Source: Thainema sp. (GTDB lineage: Bacteria; Cyanobacteriota; Cyanobacteriia; Phormidesmidales; Phormidesmidaceae). Taken from it: 23,501 bases of DNA. This document shows, in pieces, positions 7,601-18,372 of the stretch. Location: assembly GCA_052168235.1 (NCBI GenBank), contig JBQLZK010000085.1:1-23501 (forward strand), given 5' to 3'. The notes under the pieces were generated by a model. That model made no database searches. It saw only the letters and a list, made by a program, of their open reading frames with translations, and was not told the DNA's origin. Position 1 is the stretch's first letter, and each line of letters starts with the position of its first letter. The position numbers and the translations under genes were made by a program.

Positions 7601-10072
7601 GCCAAAGAACTAGAATGCAGAGTCACTAATTTATTCAATAGCTTTATTCGACCCTGGAAACAGCCCATTCGAGAGACTCTCGCGCCACTGGCACGGGCTA
7701 GCCACATCGGCTTTGAAACCGGCGATATTGAGTATGCCAGCTACGCAACTGCTCACGGCTGCACGCACTACTTTTTGAGCGGAGAGCCACTGGAAGATGT
7801 GCAAACAAAACAAGCGATCGCACTTGATATTCTGCAAAAAACCAAACAAGATCATGCACTCTACAATGCCAAAGCTTGGCAGCAGTTGGTCTCTAACCTA
7901 CTCGGAGAAGCACCAAATTTACTGCAGCTAACGGGGCAGCATTTGGATGAAGCGGAACTGTTGCCCGTGTTCTGTGCAGGCAACGACCGAACATTACCGT
8001 TTGCGACTTACGTGGCCAAGTGCATCCTCAACTATCTATTTGAAGAGTATTCTGCCGCTGCTCATTATGCTGCTCAAGCCAGCGATTATCTAGATGCAGT
8101 ACCTGGATTCATCACCGTTAGCACCCATAATTTCTACCAGTCCCTGGCGCTGCTCGCACAGTGGAGCGATTTGCCGCAGGTTGCAAGCACCTCTGAAAAC
8201 TCTGAAAACGCTGAACAGGTTGCTTATTCCGAACATCTCCAGCAGGTTGAGCACAATCAAACCCGCATGCATCAGTGGATGACGGATGCACCTGCCAATT
8301 TTGAACACAAATACAACCTAGTCGAAGCAGAAAAGGCCCGCTTGCTGAAGCAGTGGTCATTAGCCATTGACCTCTATGATCGAGCCATCGCAGGTGCTAA
8401 AGCCAACGGATATCTTCAGGAAGAAGCACTGGCGAACGAACTGGCGGCAAAGTTTTACCTGAAATGGGGCAAAGAACGTATCGCTCAGGACTATCTGATC
8501 GAAGCCTACTATGGCTATGCCCGCTGGGGAGCCAAAGCGAAAATTACCGACTTGGAAACTCGCTATTTCCAACTGCTGGCCCCCATTTTGCAACAGCAAC
8601 CCCATTCATCTCTTTCCATTAACGAAACCGTTTTTGCGAGTGGAATCGCCACGTCTACAAGTACATCCTCTAGTAGTGTGGCAGATGTTCTCGATCTATC
8701 AATTGTTCTCCAGGCCTCCCAATCTCTTTCTAGTGAAATTGAACTGGAAAAACTGCTGTCATCTCTCCTGTCTCTCGTGATCAAAGAGGCAGGAGCCAGC
8801 AAGTGTGTGTTGATGCTTTTCCGAGAGCATCGCCTACTGATTAAAGGATTAGTGACTTTAGGAACAGAACCAGTCGTTTTGCAAAGCATTCCCGTTGAAG
8901 AGAGTCGAGACATTCCCCTAACGCTCATTCATAAAGTTAAACATCAACAACAGATAATTGTGCTAGTTGATGCAACTGCCGATCCTTTCTTAGCTAACGA
9001 CCCATATGTGACGTATCAGCAACCCAAAAGTATTTTGTGTAACCCGATCGTACATCAAGGAAAATTAAAAGGCATTCTATATCTGGAAAACGAGTTAGTT
9101 GTGGGAGCATTTACTAAAGATCGGGTCGAATTGCTCAACTTACTCTGTACTCAAGCCGCTATTTCGCTCGAAAATTCCCGGCTGTATGAGCAGGCTCAAC
9201 AATATGCCCAACAGCTCGAAGCATCCCAGCTTCAGATTGTGCAGAGTGAAAAGATGGCCACGTTAGGCAATTTAGTAGCAGGTGTGGCCCATGAAATTAA
9301 CAATCCAGTTGGCTTCCTCAACGGCAGCATCAACAATGCTAAAGACTATGTGCAGGACTTACTAAAACATCTGGAACTCTATCAGCAGCACCATCCCAAT
9401 GCGGCTGACCCCGTCCAAGACAATGCCGAAGACATCGATCTGGAATTTTTGGTTGAAGATTTGCCCAAGTTACTCGACTCGATGCGGGGCGCAACGGATC
9501 GCATAAAAGGTATCAGCACCAGTTTGCGAACTTTCTCGCGAGCGGATACAGAACACAAGGTTAGCGCCAATCTGCACGATGGCCTTGATAGTACCCTATT
9601 GATTCTCAAATATCGGCTAAAAGCTAATGAGCATCGTCCGGCCATTGAAATTATCCAAAATTATGGCGATCTGCCTGCAATTGAATGTTTTCCAGGCCAG
9701 CTCAACCAGGTGTTTATGAATATTCTGGCTAATGCGATCGATGTATTTGACGAAATGGCCCAGCAGTCGTCCTTTGCTGAGCTACAGGCTCATCCGCAAC
9801 AGATCACGATTCAAACGGCTATGCGGCCTGAGCATGACAGTGTTGAGATTCGAATTCGCGACAACGGCAAAGGCATGACCGATGATGTGAAAACCCGCAT
9901 CTTTGACCATCTATTTACTACAAAAGCTGTTGGCAAAGGAACAGGGTTAGGACTGGCGATCGCGCATCAGATTGTCACCGAAACTCACGGGGGACAGCTT
10001 ACAGTTGAGTCAGAACGTGGACAGGGCAGCATGTTCATCATTCAACTGCCGCTGAGCGCTAAATCAAATTGA
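4637..10072 (+). CDS. Ser/Thr kinase - AAA ATPase - helical (TPR-like) - GAF - histidine kinase hybrid (HstK-like), 1811 aa
   Basis: IIHKDIKPANILI, DFSIA, GTLAYLSPEQ; Walker A GFSGIGKT; Walker B IFLDDLQWAD; FLHDRVQQAAY; GAF ...GILYLEN...QAAISLENSRLY; AGVAHEINNP; NQVFMNILANAID; RDNGKG; GKGTGLGL. Confidence 0.95.
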   Translation: MNTQIGCLILPVQIAGYDIVEQLYEGSRTVVYRAARQADRQPVIIKLLRDEHPSFNDLVQFRNQYAIAKHLDAPGIVRAISLDPHVNGYALVMEDFGGISLRRFTKKRPLPVEQVFPIALQLADILHQLYQQRIIHKDIKPANILIQPETGQIKLIDFSIASLLPRETQEVQNSNVLEGTLAYLSPEQTGRMNRGIDYRSDFYSLGVTLFELLTGQLPFQVTEPMELLHCHLAKQPLSVCDVNPELPLMLGEIIRKLMAKNAEDRYQSALGLKHDLLKCQTEAYGDDKHRWFQLGERDACDRFLIPEKLYGRDAEIQTLLDAFGRVANGASELMLIAGFSGIGKTAVVNEVHKPIVRWNGYFIQGKYDQLNRNSPFSAFVQAFRGLMTQLLSESDDQLAQWRSKILEAVGENGQVLIDVIPELEALIGAQAAVPDLSGSAAQNRFNLVFHQFIAVFATPQHPLVIFLDDLQWADSASLDLLKLLFTEAAQGYLFIMGAYRDNEVSLTHPLMTTLEDIQKAETVVNTISLAPLSQADVNYLVSDTLNCSCDRALPFTELVYQKTTGNPFFITQFLKTLSEEGLITFDWETGSWQCDLATVKAVALTEDVVEFMALQLQKLPAATQEMLKLAACIGAQFDLETLAIVSGKTAAHVAIDLWKALQEELLLPVGKAYQFYQPAAASDSATPAQDIDLKQTFNSSCRFLHDRVQQAAYSLIPDDQRQATHLKIGQLLLENTPQTEREDKIFDIVNHFNAGIELVTAVDQRHQLAELNLLAGRKARASTAYAAAARYFGAGINLLSTESWQNQYHLTLALYEAAVEAEYLNINFAEAQSLANVVLQHTSNLLDRVKIYELQIQMYMAQAEMPQALKAGLLALKLLGVDLDQAPSLLDVQLPTMAEMESMPVMTDPHQLAIQQILMALFPSAYTTQPDLLPRMVTTMITLSLEHGQASVTALGYIYYGLLLCGREHLDTGYFSGLLALKILEQFSAKELECRVTNLFNSFIRPWKQPIRETLAPLARASHIGFETGDIEYASYATAHGCTHYFLSGEPLEDVQTKQAIALDILQKTKQDHALYNAKAWQQLVSNLLGEAPNLLQLTGQHLDEAELLPVFCAGNDRTLPFATYVAKCILNYLFEEYSAAAHYAAQASDYLDAVPGFITVSTHNFYQSLALLAQWSDLPQVASTSENSENAEQVAYSEHLQQVEHNQTRMHQWMTDAPANFEHKYNLVEAEKARLLKQWSLAIDLYDRAIAGAKANGYLQEEALANELAAKFYLKWGKERIAQDYLIEAYYGYARWGAKAKITDLETRYFQLLAPILQQQPHSSLSINETVFASGIATSTSTSSSSVADVLDLSIVLQASQSLSSEIELEKLLSSLLSLVIKEAGASKCVLMLFREHRLLIKGLVTLGTEPVVLQSIPVEESRDIPLTLIHKVKHQQQIIVLVDATADPFLANDPYVTYQQPKSILCNPIVHQGKLKGILYLENELVVGAFTKDRVELLNLLCTQAAISLENSRLYEQAQQYAQQLEASQLQIVQSEKMATLGNLVAGVAHEINNPVGFLNGSINNAKDYVQDLLKHLELYQQHHPNAADPVQDNAEDIDLEFLVEDLPKLLDSMRGATDRIKGISTSLRTFSRADTEHKVSANLHDGLDSTLLILKYRLKANEHRPAIEIIQNYGDLPAIECFPGQLNQVFMNILANAIDVFDEMAQQSSFAELQAHPQQITIQTAMRPEHDSVEIRIRDNGKGMTDDVKTRIFDHLFTTKAVGKGTGLGLAIAHQIVTETHGGQLTVESERGQGSMFIIQLPLSAKSN

Positions 10073-10146
10073 ATCTGCTTGATGTTACATCGCCGTTAAG
10101 GTGGGCACTTTAAATAAATCATAGAAAAATTCAATTTGCACTACTA

Positions 10147-10249
10147 ATATGAAGTCCGCATAGAAGAACCCAGTTTATTTTTTGAGAAACGCTTGCGGGG
10201 CAAGCGTTTCTCAAAAAATAAATCATGGGTTTTCAACCGGACTTCATAT
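10147..10249. repeat. 103-nt nested-hairpin dispersed repeat (MITE/REPIN-like), copy 2
   Basis: Perfect 12-bp outer IR ATATGAAGTCCG/CGGACTTCATAT; inner 24-bp stem 10173-10196/10200-10223 with GGG loop; shares ATGGGTTTTCAACC with copy 1. Confidence 0.85.
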
Positions 10250-10287
10250 AATCTCGCGATGTAATTTTCTAGCAATTTTATAGATAT

Positions 10288-13200
10288 ATGACTACTCCAA
10301 TCAAAGGCTGGGCTACGCCCACACAGGTTGCAGACTATACCGTTGTGGAACAGATTTATGAAGGTAGCCGCACGCTGGTGTATCGAGCCATTCAGTCAGC
10401 CAGTCAGGATCCAGTAGTCATTAAAGTTCTCCGCAATGATCATCCTAGTTTTAGCGAGTTGGTGCAATTCCGCAATCAGTATGCCATCGCTAGAAATCTC
10501 GCTATTCCCGGTATTGTCCAACCTCTCGACTTAGCTCCTCACAACAATGGCTATGCGCTTGTGATGGAGGACTTTGGTGGGGTTTCCCTGCGCCAATTCA
10601 CCCAAGGTAAGCCGCTCGCAGTTGAACAATTTTTTCCTATCGCTCTTCAAGTTACGGATGTTCTCCACCAGCTCCATCAACAGCGGGTGATTCACAAAGA
10701 CATCAAACCGGCCAATATTCTGATTCACCCTGAAACGAACCAAGTTAAGCTGATTGACTTCTCGATTGCCTCTCTCCTGCCCCGCGAAACCCAGGAGATT
10801 CAAAATCCCAATGGATTAGAGGGCACTCTGGCCTACCTGTCACCCGAACAAACGGGGCGAATGAACCGGGGCATTGACTATCGCAGCGATTTTTACTCTT
10901 TGGGAGTGACGTTCTTTGAGCTGCTCACCGGGCAGTTGCCATTTCAGACGAACGACCCGATGGAGCTATTGCACTGTCATTTAGCCAAACTGCCCCTGTC
11001 CATCTGCGATGTTGACCCCGGCTTACCCCTGATGCTGGGTGAAATCATTCGTAAGCTGATGGCCAAAAATGCCGAAGATCGCTACCAGAGTGCTTTGGGG
11101 CTGAAGCAGGACTTAATCAAATGCCAGGAAGAAAATCGTCATGGGGGCAAGCACGTTTGGTTTGAATTAGCAGAACGCGACATCTGCGATCGCTTTTTGA
11201 TTCCCGAAAAGCTCTACGGACGCGGTCAGGAAGTCCAAACTCTGTTAGATGCCTTTAATCGGGTGGCCAACGGAGCCTCGGAGCTGATGCTGGTGGCAGG
11301 CTTCTCGGGTATTGGCAAAACCGCTGTCGTGAATGAAGTACATAAGCCCATTGTGCGCTGGAGCGGCTATTTCATCAAAGGCAAATACGACCAGCTCAAT
11401 CGCGACATTCCCTTTTCCGCTGTTGTTCAGGCGTTGCGCGACTTAATGGGACAACTGCTGAACGAAACCGAAGACCAATTGGCGCAGTGGCAAACCCAAA
11501 TCCTAGCTGCAGTTGGCGAAAATGGCCAAGTCTTAATTGACGTGATTCCCGAGCTGGAACAACTGATTGGCAAACAGCCTCCTGCTCCCGAACTCTCGGG
11601 CAGTGCGGCACAGCATCGCTTCAACTTTTTATTCCAAACGTTTATCCAAGTATTCACGACCGCCAAGCATCCCTTGGTCATGTTTCTAGATGATTTGCAG
11701 TGGGCAGATTCGGCTTCTCTTGGCCTGATGAAGTTGTTATTAACTAAGGCCGAGCAGCAGCATTTATTCATTATTGGTGCCTATCGGAATAATGAAGTTT
11801 TTCCAGCCCATCCCCTAATGCTGACACTCGACGACATTCAGACGACCAACGCGAATGTGAATACCATTACGTTAGCGCCGTTGAGTCAAAGTGATGTGAA
11901 TCATTTAGTTGCCGATGCCTTTAGCTGCACGAGCGATTTGGCCTTGCCGTTTACAGAATTGGTATATCAAAAAACAGCAGGCAACCCATTTTTTATCACC
12001 CAGTTTTTGAGGGCGCTACACGAAGATGGGCTGATTACGTTTGACTGGGAAGCTGGTTCCTGGCAATGTGACTTGGCCACTGTGCGATCGCTAGCGCTCA
12101 CCGATGATGTGGTTGAGTTTATGGCACTGCAACTCCAAAAGCTATCGCCTGAAACCCAAACAGTCCTTAAACTTGCGGCCTGCGTCGGCAACCAGTTTGA
12201 CCTAGCGACCCTAGCAGTTGTCTCAGAACAGTCGGAACTAGAAACAGCTTCTGCGCTGTGGAAGGCGTTACAGGACGGATTTGTCGTTCCGACCAATGAC
12301 ATTTATAAGTTCTATCAGAATTCAGCCGTTGACTGCTCTCCATCCGCATTTCAACTCGCCAATCGGGCAAAAGAATTAACGGTTAGCTACAAATTCTTAC
12401 ACGATCGTGTTCAACAAGCAGCCTACTCGCTCATTCCTGATTCGCAGAAACAGGCTGCTCATCTAAAAGTTGGTCAGTTGCTCCTCAACAGCACCTCGCC
12501 CACAACCCTTGAAGCCAAGATTTTCGATATTGTTAATCAACTCAATAAAGGAAGCGAAATCATCCTTCCGCAATCAGAAAAAGATAGCATTGCTCAACTG
12601 AATCTGATGGCGGGAAAAAAAGCAAAGGCTTCAACTGCTTATCAAGCTGCTGTTGATTATCTTAAATCTGGCATTCATTTGCTGACAGATGATAGTTGGC
12701 AAACTCATTATGCATTGACCTTTGATCTATATCGAGAGGGGGCGGAATGCGAATATTTACAGGGTAATCTTCAACAGGCCGAACAATGGTTTGATTTGGC
12801 CCTAGAACATGCTCACGATGTCTTCAAGAAGGCTGATATCTATGCCGTCAAAATGTACTTGAAGATGACTCAAGGTGACAACATTCAAGCAAGCTTTGAA
12901 GATGGTTTGAAAGGTCTGAGCATTCTTGGCATGCGCCTACCACGAACAGAGAACGAACAACAAGTCGAGATCCAGAATCAATTAAATCAACTACAAATCA
13001 GGCTTGCAGGTATTAAACCGTCTGATCTGTTTGATTTACCTGAACTTACCGATCAAAAGCAGAAGATTTGTATGAGCCTACTCGCTGATCTGTGGGCTGC
13101 AACATATATGGGAGGAGATCAATATCTTGCTTCCTTAAGTCTACTGCTCATGATCAACATTTCGCTCACTCATGGCAATGCTGAAGCTTCTGGTTTTGCA

Positions 13201-16185
13201 TACTGTTTGTATGGTATGAATCTTGCCAATCAAGGTGACTACAAAACGGCCTATGAGTTTGGCACACTAGCTCTAAAACTTGATCAACACTTTAACAGCA
13301 AAAAGTTTATTTATAAAACCAATAATATTTTTGCTCATACCATCAATCCTTATAATCGGCACTTAGAGACTAATCCATCTATCTCTCGCCAAGCCTATCA
13401 AGCCAGCCAGGAAGGTGGAGATATTGTGTTTGGCGTTTGGGCAGTCTCATTCTTGATATGGGCCATGATTCTTAAGGGTGATTGCCTGTTCAATATTTAC
13501 ATAGAAACTGATAAATATTGGGGTTACGTACAGCGAGTTAACGATGTGAACATGCTGTACGCCTTTACGCTACAGCGGCAGTTCCTGTTGAATTTACAAG
13601 ATGCCTCACAACCCACAGATTTACTCTATAAGCAGGATAGCGAGAGTTCTACAGAGCAAGAAACTCCTTACATCCAGGTTTGGAGAGAAAATAAAAACTT
13701 TGAGCATGGAATTAACTGGTACTGCTTTCTAAAGCTACAGCTTTCGTATTTATATGGGAACTATGCTGATGCAATTGCAGCGGCTCAAGAGGCAGAGCCA
13801 ACTTTGCCGACCAATGCAGGTTTCTTTCCCATTATTCTGTACCATTTCTATTATCCACTGAGTCTAGCTGCACTCTATCCAGAAGCAACAGCAGCAGAAC
13901 AGCAGCAGTATTGGGACGTTTTACAACAACAACAGCAGCAACTTAAAACCTGGACAGATAGTTGTCCAGAGAACTTTCTGCATAAGTATTTATTACTGTC
14001 GGCTGAAATGGCTGCTATTCGGGACAAAACCTTTGAAGCAGCAGATTTGTATGATCGCGCGATCTCATCTGCTAAAACCAACAAATATACTCAGGAAGAA
14101 GCATTAGCCAGCGAGCTAGCTGCAAAGTTTTACTTGAACTGGGGCAAAGAGCGCATCGCCCAAGAATATATGATTGAAGCTTACTATGGCTATGCTCGCT
14201 GGGGAGCAAAAGCCAAACTTGCAGATCTGGAAGAACGCTATCCACAATTACTAACGCCGATTTTGCGACAGACTCGCACTCCACTGTCTGTGAACGAAAC
14301 CGTCTTTGCTCCCGAAACTATTGCGTCCACCAGCAGTTCTACCAGCAGCATTTCTGATGCCATTGATTTAGCCGCTGTACTCAACGCTTCCCAAGTCATT
14401 TCCAGTGAAATTGAACTCGATCAGCTCGTATCTACTCTGCTGCTGACAGTCATGCAGATGTCCGGTGCTAGCCAGTGCGTCTTGATGCTCTTAAATGGGT
14501 CAGATCTCACCGTTCAGGCCAGGTCAGAACTGACCGAACTGGGACGCATCGAGACAGAGGTGCTCCATCCCCCAGTGCTGCTGTCGGATAGCCGGAGCGG
14601 GCCGATTAGCCTCGTGAATATGGTCAAGCGGAGCCTAGAACCTGCTGTCATCACCAATGCAACGCAGCATCCCCACCTGATCAATGATGTGTACATTCAA
14701 ACTCAACAGCCAAAGAGTTTGCTGTGTTGTCCTATCCTGCATCAGGGTAAGCTGCTGGGCATGGTGTATCTGGAAAACAATCTGGTTACGGGAGCATTCA
14801 CTCGTGATCGCGTTGAGTTGCTGAATCTCCTCTGCGCCCAAGCGGCAATTTCCCTGGAAAATGCCCGCCTCTATCAACAGTCCCAGCAGGCCCTGGTGCA
14901 GCTGCGGGATAATGAAACCCGCTTTCAAAATCTGGCGGCCAACATTCCCGGTATGGTTTATCAATTTTGTCTAGCTGCCGATGGATCGACCTCAACCCCC
15001 TATGTCAGTTCCGGTTGTCGGGATCTCTACGAGCTGGATCCAGCAGACGTGATGGCTGGGAAAAGCAGTGTAGCCGCCATGCACCATCCTGATGATGATG
15101 CTGCCGTTTACCAATCCTTGATGGAGTCGATTAAAAACCTGACTCCGTTTATTGAAGAATGGCGAATTATCACCCCATCCGGCCAGGTGAAATGGCTTCA
15201 GTCTGCCGCTCGCCCTGAGAAGAGGGCCGACGGTTCGGTTGTTTGGGATGGCGTGGTGCTGGATGTTAGCGATCGCAAACGGGCTGAAGCCGCTGTGCTC
15301 AAGAAATCCCAGGAGCTGGAGCAAGCTCTGGCTGAATTGCAGACGACGCAACTGCAAATGGTACAAAACGAAAAGATGGCGACATTGGGTAATTTGGTGG
15401 CAGGTGTGGCCCACGAAATCAACAATCCGGTTGGCTTCCTCAATGGCAGCATTACTAACGCCAAGGACTACGTGCATGACCTGTTTGAGTATCTCGAAAC
15501 CTATCACCAGCACCAAGCCCCCACTGCTCCAGTCACGGCATTAGCGGAGGAGATTGACTTAGACTTCTTGTTAAAAGATTTGCCCACATTACTGGATTCC
15601 ATGAAACGCGCGACAGATCGGATCAAATCCATCAGCACCAGTCTGCGCACCTTCTCCCGTGCTGATACCGAGCATAAAATCAACGCTAATCTACATGAAG
15701 GCATTGATAGCGCACTGCTGATTCTGAAATATCGGCTGAAAGGCAATGAGCACCGTCCAGCCATTGAAGTCATTCAAAATTATGGCGAACTGCCTGAAAT
15801 TGCCTGTTTTCCCGGACAGCTTAATCAGGTGTTCATGAATATTTTGGCAAACGCGATCGATGTGTTTGATGAAATGGCCCAGCAGTTGTCCTTTGCTGAG
15901 CTACAGGCTCATCCGCAACAGATCACGATGCAAACGGCTATGCGGCCTGAGTATAACAGGGTTGAAATCCGGATTCGGGACAATGGCAAAGGGATGACGG
16001 ACGATGTGAAAACCCGCATCTTTGATCACTTGTTTACCACTAAGGATGTGGGGAAGGGAACAGGGTTAGGACTGGCTATTGCCCATCAAATTGTTACCGA
16101 GACTCACGGTGGGTCTTTATCTGTCGAATCAGAATTGGGTCAGGGCAGCGAATTCTGCATCCGATTACCGATAACGGCGCAATAA
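10288..16185 (+). CDS. Ser/Thr kinase - AAA ATPase - helical (TPR-like) - GAF - PAS - histidine kinase hybrid, 1965 aa
   Basis: Same motifs as 4637..10072, plus a PAS/PAC domain at ~14920-15290 (RFQNLAANIPGMVYQF...HHPDD...EWRIITPSGQVKWLQ...WDGVVLDVSDRKRAE). Confidence 0.95.
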   Translation: MTTPIKGWATPTQVADYTVVEQIYEGSRTLVYRAIQSASQDPVVIKVLRNDHPSFSELVQFRNQYAIARNLAIPGIVQPLDLAPHNNGYALVMEDFGGVSLRQFTQGKPLAVEQFFPIALQVTDVLHQLHQQRVIHKDIKPANILIHPETNQVKLIDFSIASLLPRETQEIQNPNGLEGTLAYLSPEQTGRMNRGIDYRSDFYSLGVTFFELLTGQLPFQTNDPMELLHCHLAKLPLSICDVDPGLPLMLGEIIRKLMAKNAEDRYQSALGLKQDLIKCQEENRHGGKHVWFELAERDICDRFLIPEKLYGRGQEVQTLLDAFNRVANGASELMLVAGFSGIGKTAVVNEVHKPIVRWSGYFIKGKYDQLNRDIPFSAVVQALRDLMGQLLNETEDQLAQWQTQILAAVGENGQVLIDVIPELEQLIGKQPPAPELSGSAAQHRFNFLFQTFIQVFTTAKHPLVMFLDDLQWADSASLGLMKLLLTKAEQQHLFIIGAYRNNEVFPAHPLMLTLDDIQTTNANVNTITLAPLSQSDVNHLVADAFSCTSDLALPFTELVYQKTAGNPFFITQFLRALHEDGLITFDWEAGSWQCDLATVRSLALTDDVVEFMALQLQKLSPETQTVLKLAACVGNQFDLATLAVVSEQSELETASALWKALQDGFVVPTNDIYKFYQNSAVDCSPSAFQLANRAKELTVSYKFLHDRVQQAAYSLIPDSQKQAAHLKVGQLLLNSTSPTTLEAKIFDIVNQLNKGSEIILPQSEKDSIAQLNLMAGKKAKASTAYQAAVDYLKSGIHLLTDDSWQTHYALTFDLYREGAECEYLQGNLQQAEQWFDLALEHAHDVFKKADIYAVKMYLKMTQGDNIQASFEDGLKGLSILGMRLPRTENEQQVEIQNQLNQLQIRLAGIKPSDLFDLPELTDQKQKICMSLLADLWAATYMGGDQYLASLSLLLMINISLTHGNAEASGFAYCLYGMNLANQGDYKTAYEFGTLALKLDQHFNSKKFIYKTNNIFAHTINPYNRHLETNPSISRQAYQASQEGGDIVFGVWAVSFLIWAMILKGDCLFNIYIETDKYWGYVQRVNDVNMLYAFTLQRQFLLNLQDASQPTDLLYKQDSESSTEQETPYIQVWRENKNFEHGINWYCFLKLQLSYLYGNYADAIAAAQEAEPTLPTNAGFFPIILYHFYYPLSLAALYPEATAAEQQQYWDVLQQQQQQLKTWTDSCPENFLHKYLLLSAEMAAIRDKTFEAADLYDRAISSAKTNKYTQEEALASELAAKFYLNWGKERIAQEYMIEAYYGYARWGAKAKLADLEERYPQLLTPILRQTRTPLSVNETVFAPETIASTSSSTSSISDAIDLAAVLNASQVISSEIELDQLVSTLLLTVMQMSGASQCVLMLLNGSDLTVQARSELTELGRIETEVLHPPVLLSDSRSGPISLVNMVKRSLEPAVITNATQHPHLINDVYIQTQQPKSLLCCPILHQGKLLGMVYLENNLVTGAFTRDRVELLNLLCAQAAISLENARLYQQSQQALVQLRDNETRFQNLAANIPGMVYQFCLAADGSTSTPYVSSGCRDLYELDPADVMAGKSSVAAMHHPDDDAAVYQSLMESIKNLTPFIEEWRIITPSGQVKWLQSAARPEKRADGSVVWDGVVLDVSDRKRAEAAVLKKSQELEQALAELQTTQLQMVQNEKMATLGNLVAGVAHEINNPVGFLNGSITNAKDYVHDLFEYLETYHQHQAPTAPVTALAEEIDLDFLLKDLPTLLDSMKRATDRIKSISTSLRTFSRADTEHKINANLHEGIDSALLILKYRLKGNEHRPAIEVIQNYGELPEIACFPGQLNQVFMNILANAIDVFDEMAQQLSFAELQAHPQQITMQTAMRPEYNRVEIRIRDNGKGMTDDVKTRIFDHLFTTKDVGKGTGLGLAIAHQIVTETHGGSLSVESELGQGSEFCIRLPITAQ

Positions 16186-16242
16186 CTATAAAAGCGAAGG
16201 AATCGCCCCCCAGGGCGATTCCTTCGCTTTTATAGTTATTGC
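16179..16242. repeat. Perfect 30-bp-arm palindrome between convergent kinase and gyrB; may act as a bidirectional terminator
   Basis: GCAATAACTATAAAAGCGAAGGAATCGCCC-CCCA-GGGCGATTCCTTCGCTTTTATAGTTATTGC; overlaps the kinase stop codon. Confidence 0.9.
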
Positions 16243-16262
16243 ATCAACGCGGGATGAATATA

Positions 16263-18230
<1,968 letters not shown>

Positions 18231-18372
18231 TCAAATAACAAATCTATCAAAATTTTAGCACAAACTGGCTTGAAAGCGTTCCTAGCCTATGCTGGAATCG
18301 AGTTTTGAAAGAGGGTATATCAAATAATATTCAACGAATCATTAATTGATAGTGATAGCGGCTAAACGAGAA

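Noticed and set aside
13890..13945. Poly-Gln CAA/CAG run in kinase 2
   Set aside because: Short, mixed-codon and in frame; not a credible phase-variation tract.
5627..15773. Paired antisense ORFs inside the two kinases (e.g. 6316-6648 and 11967-12302; 9382-9645 and 15504-15773)
   Set aside because: Their similarity is a shadow of the paralogous sense genes; no independent coding signal.
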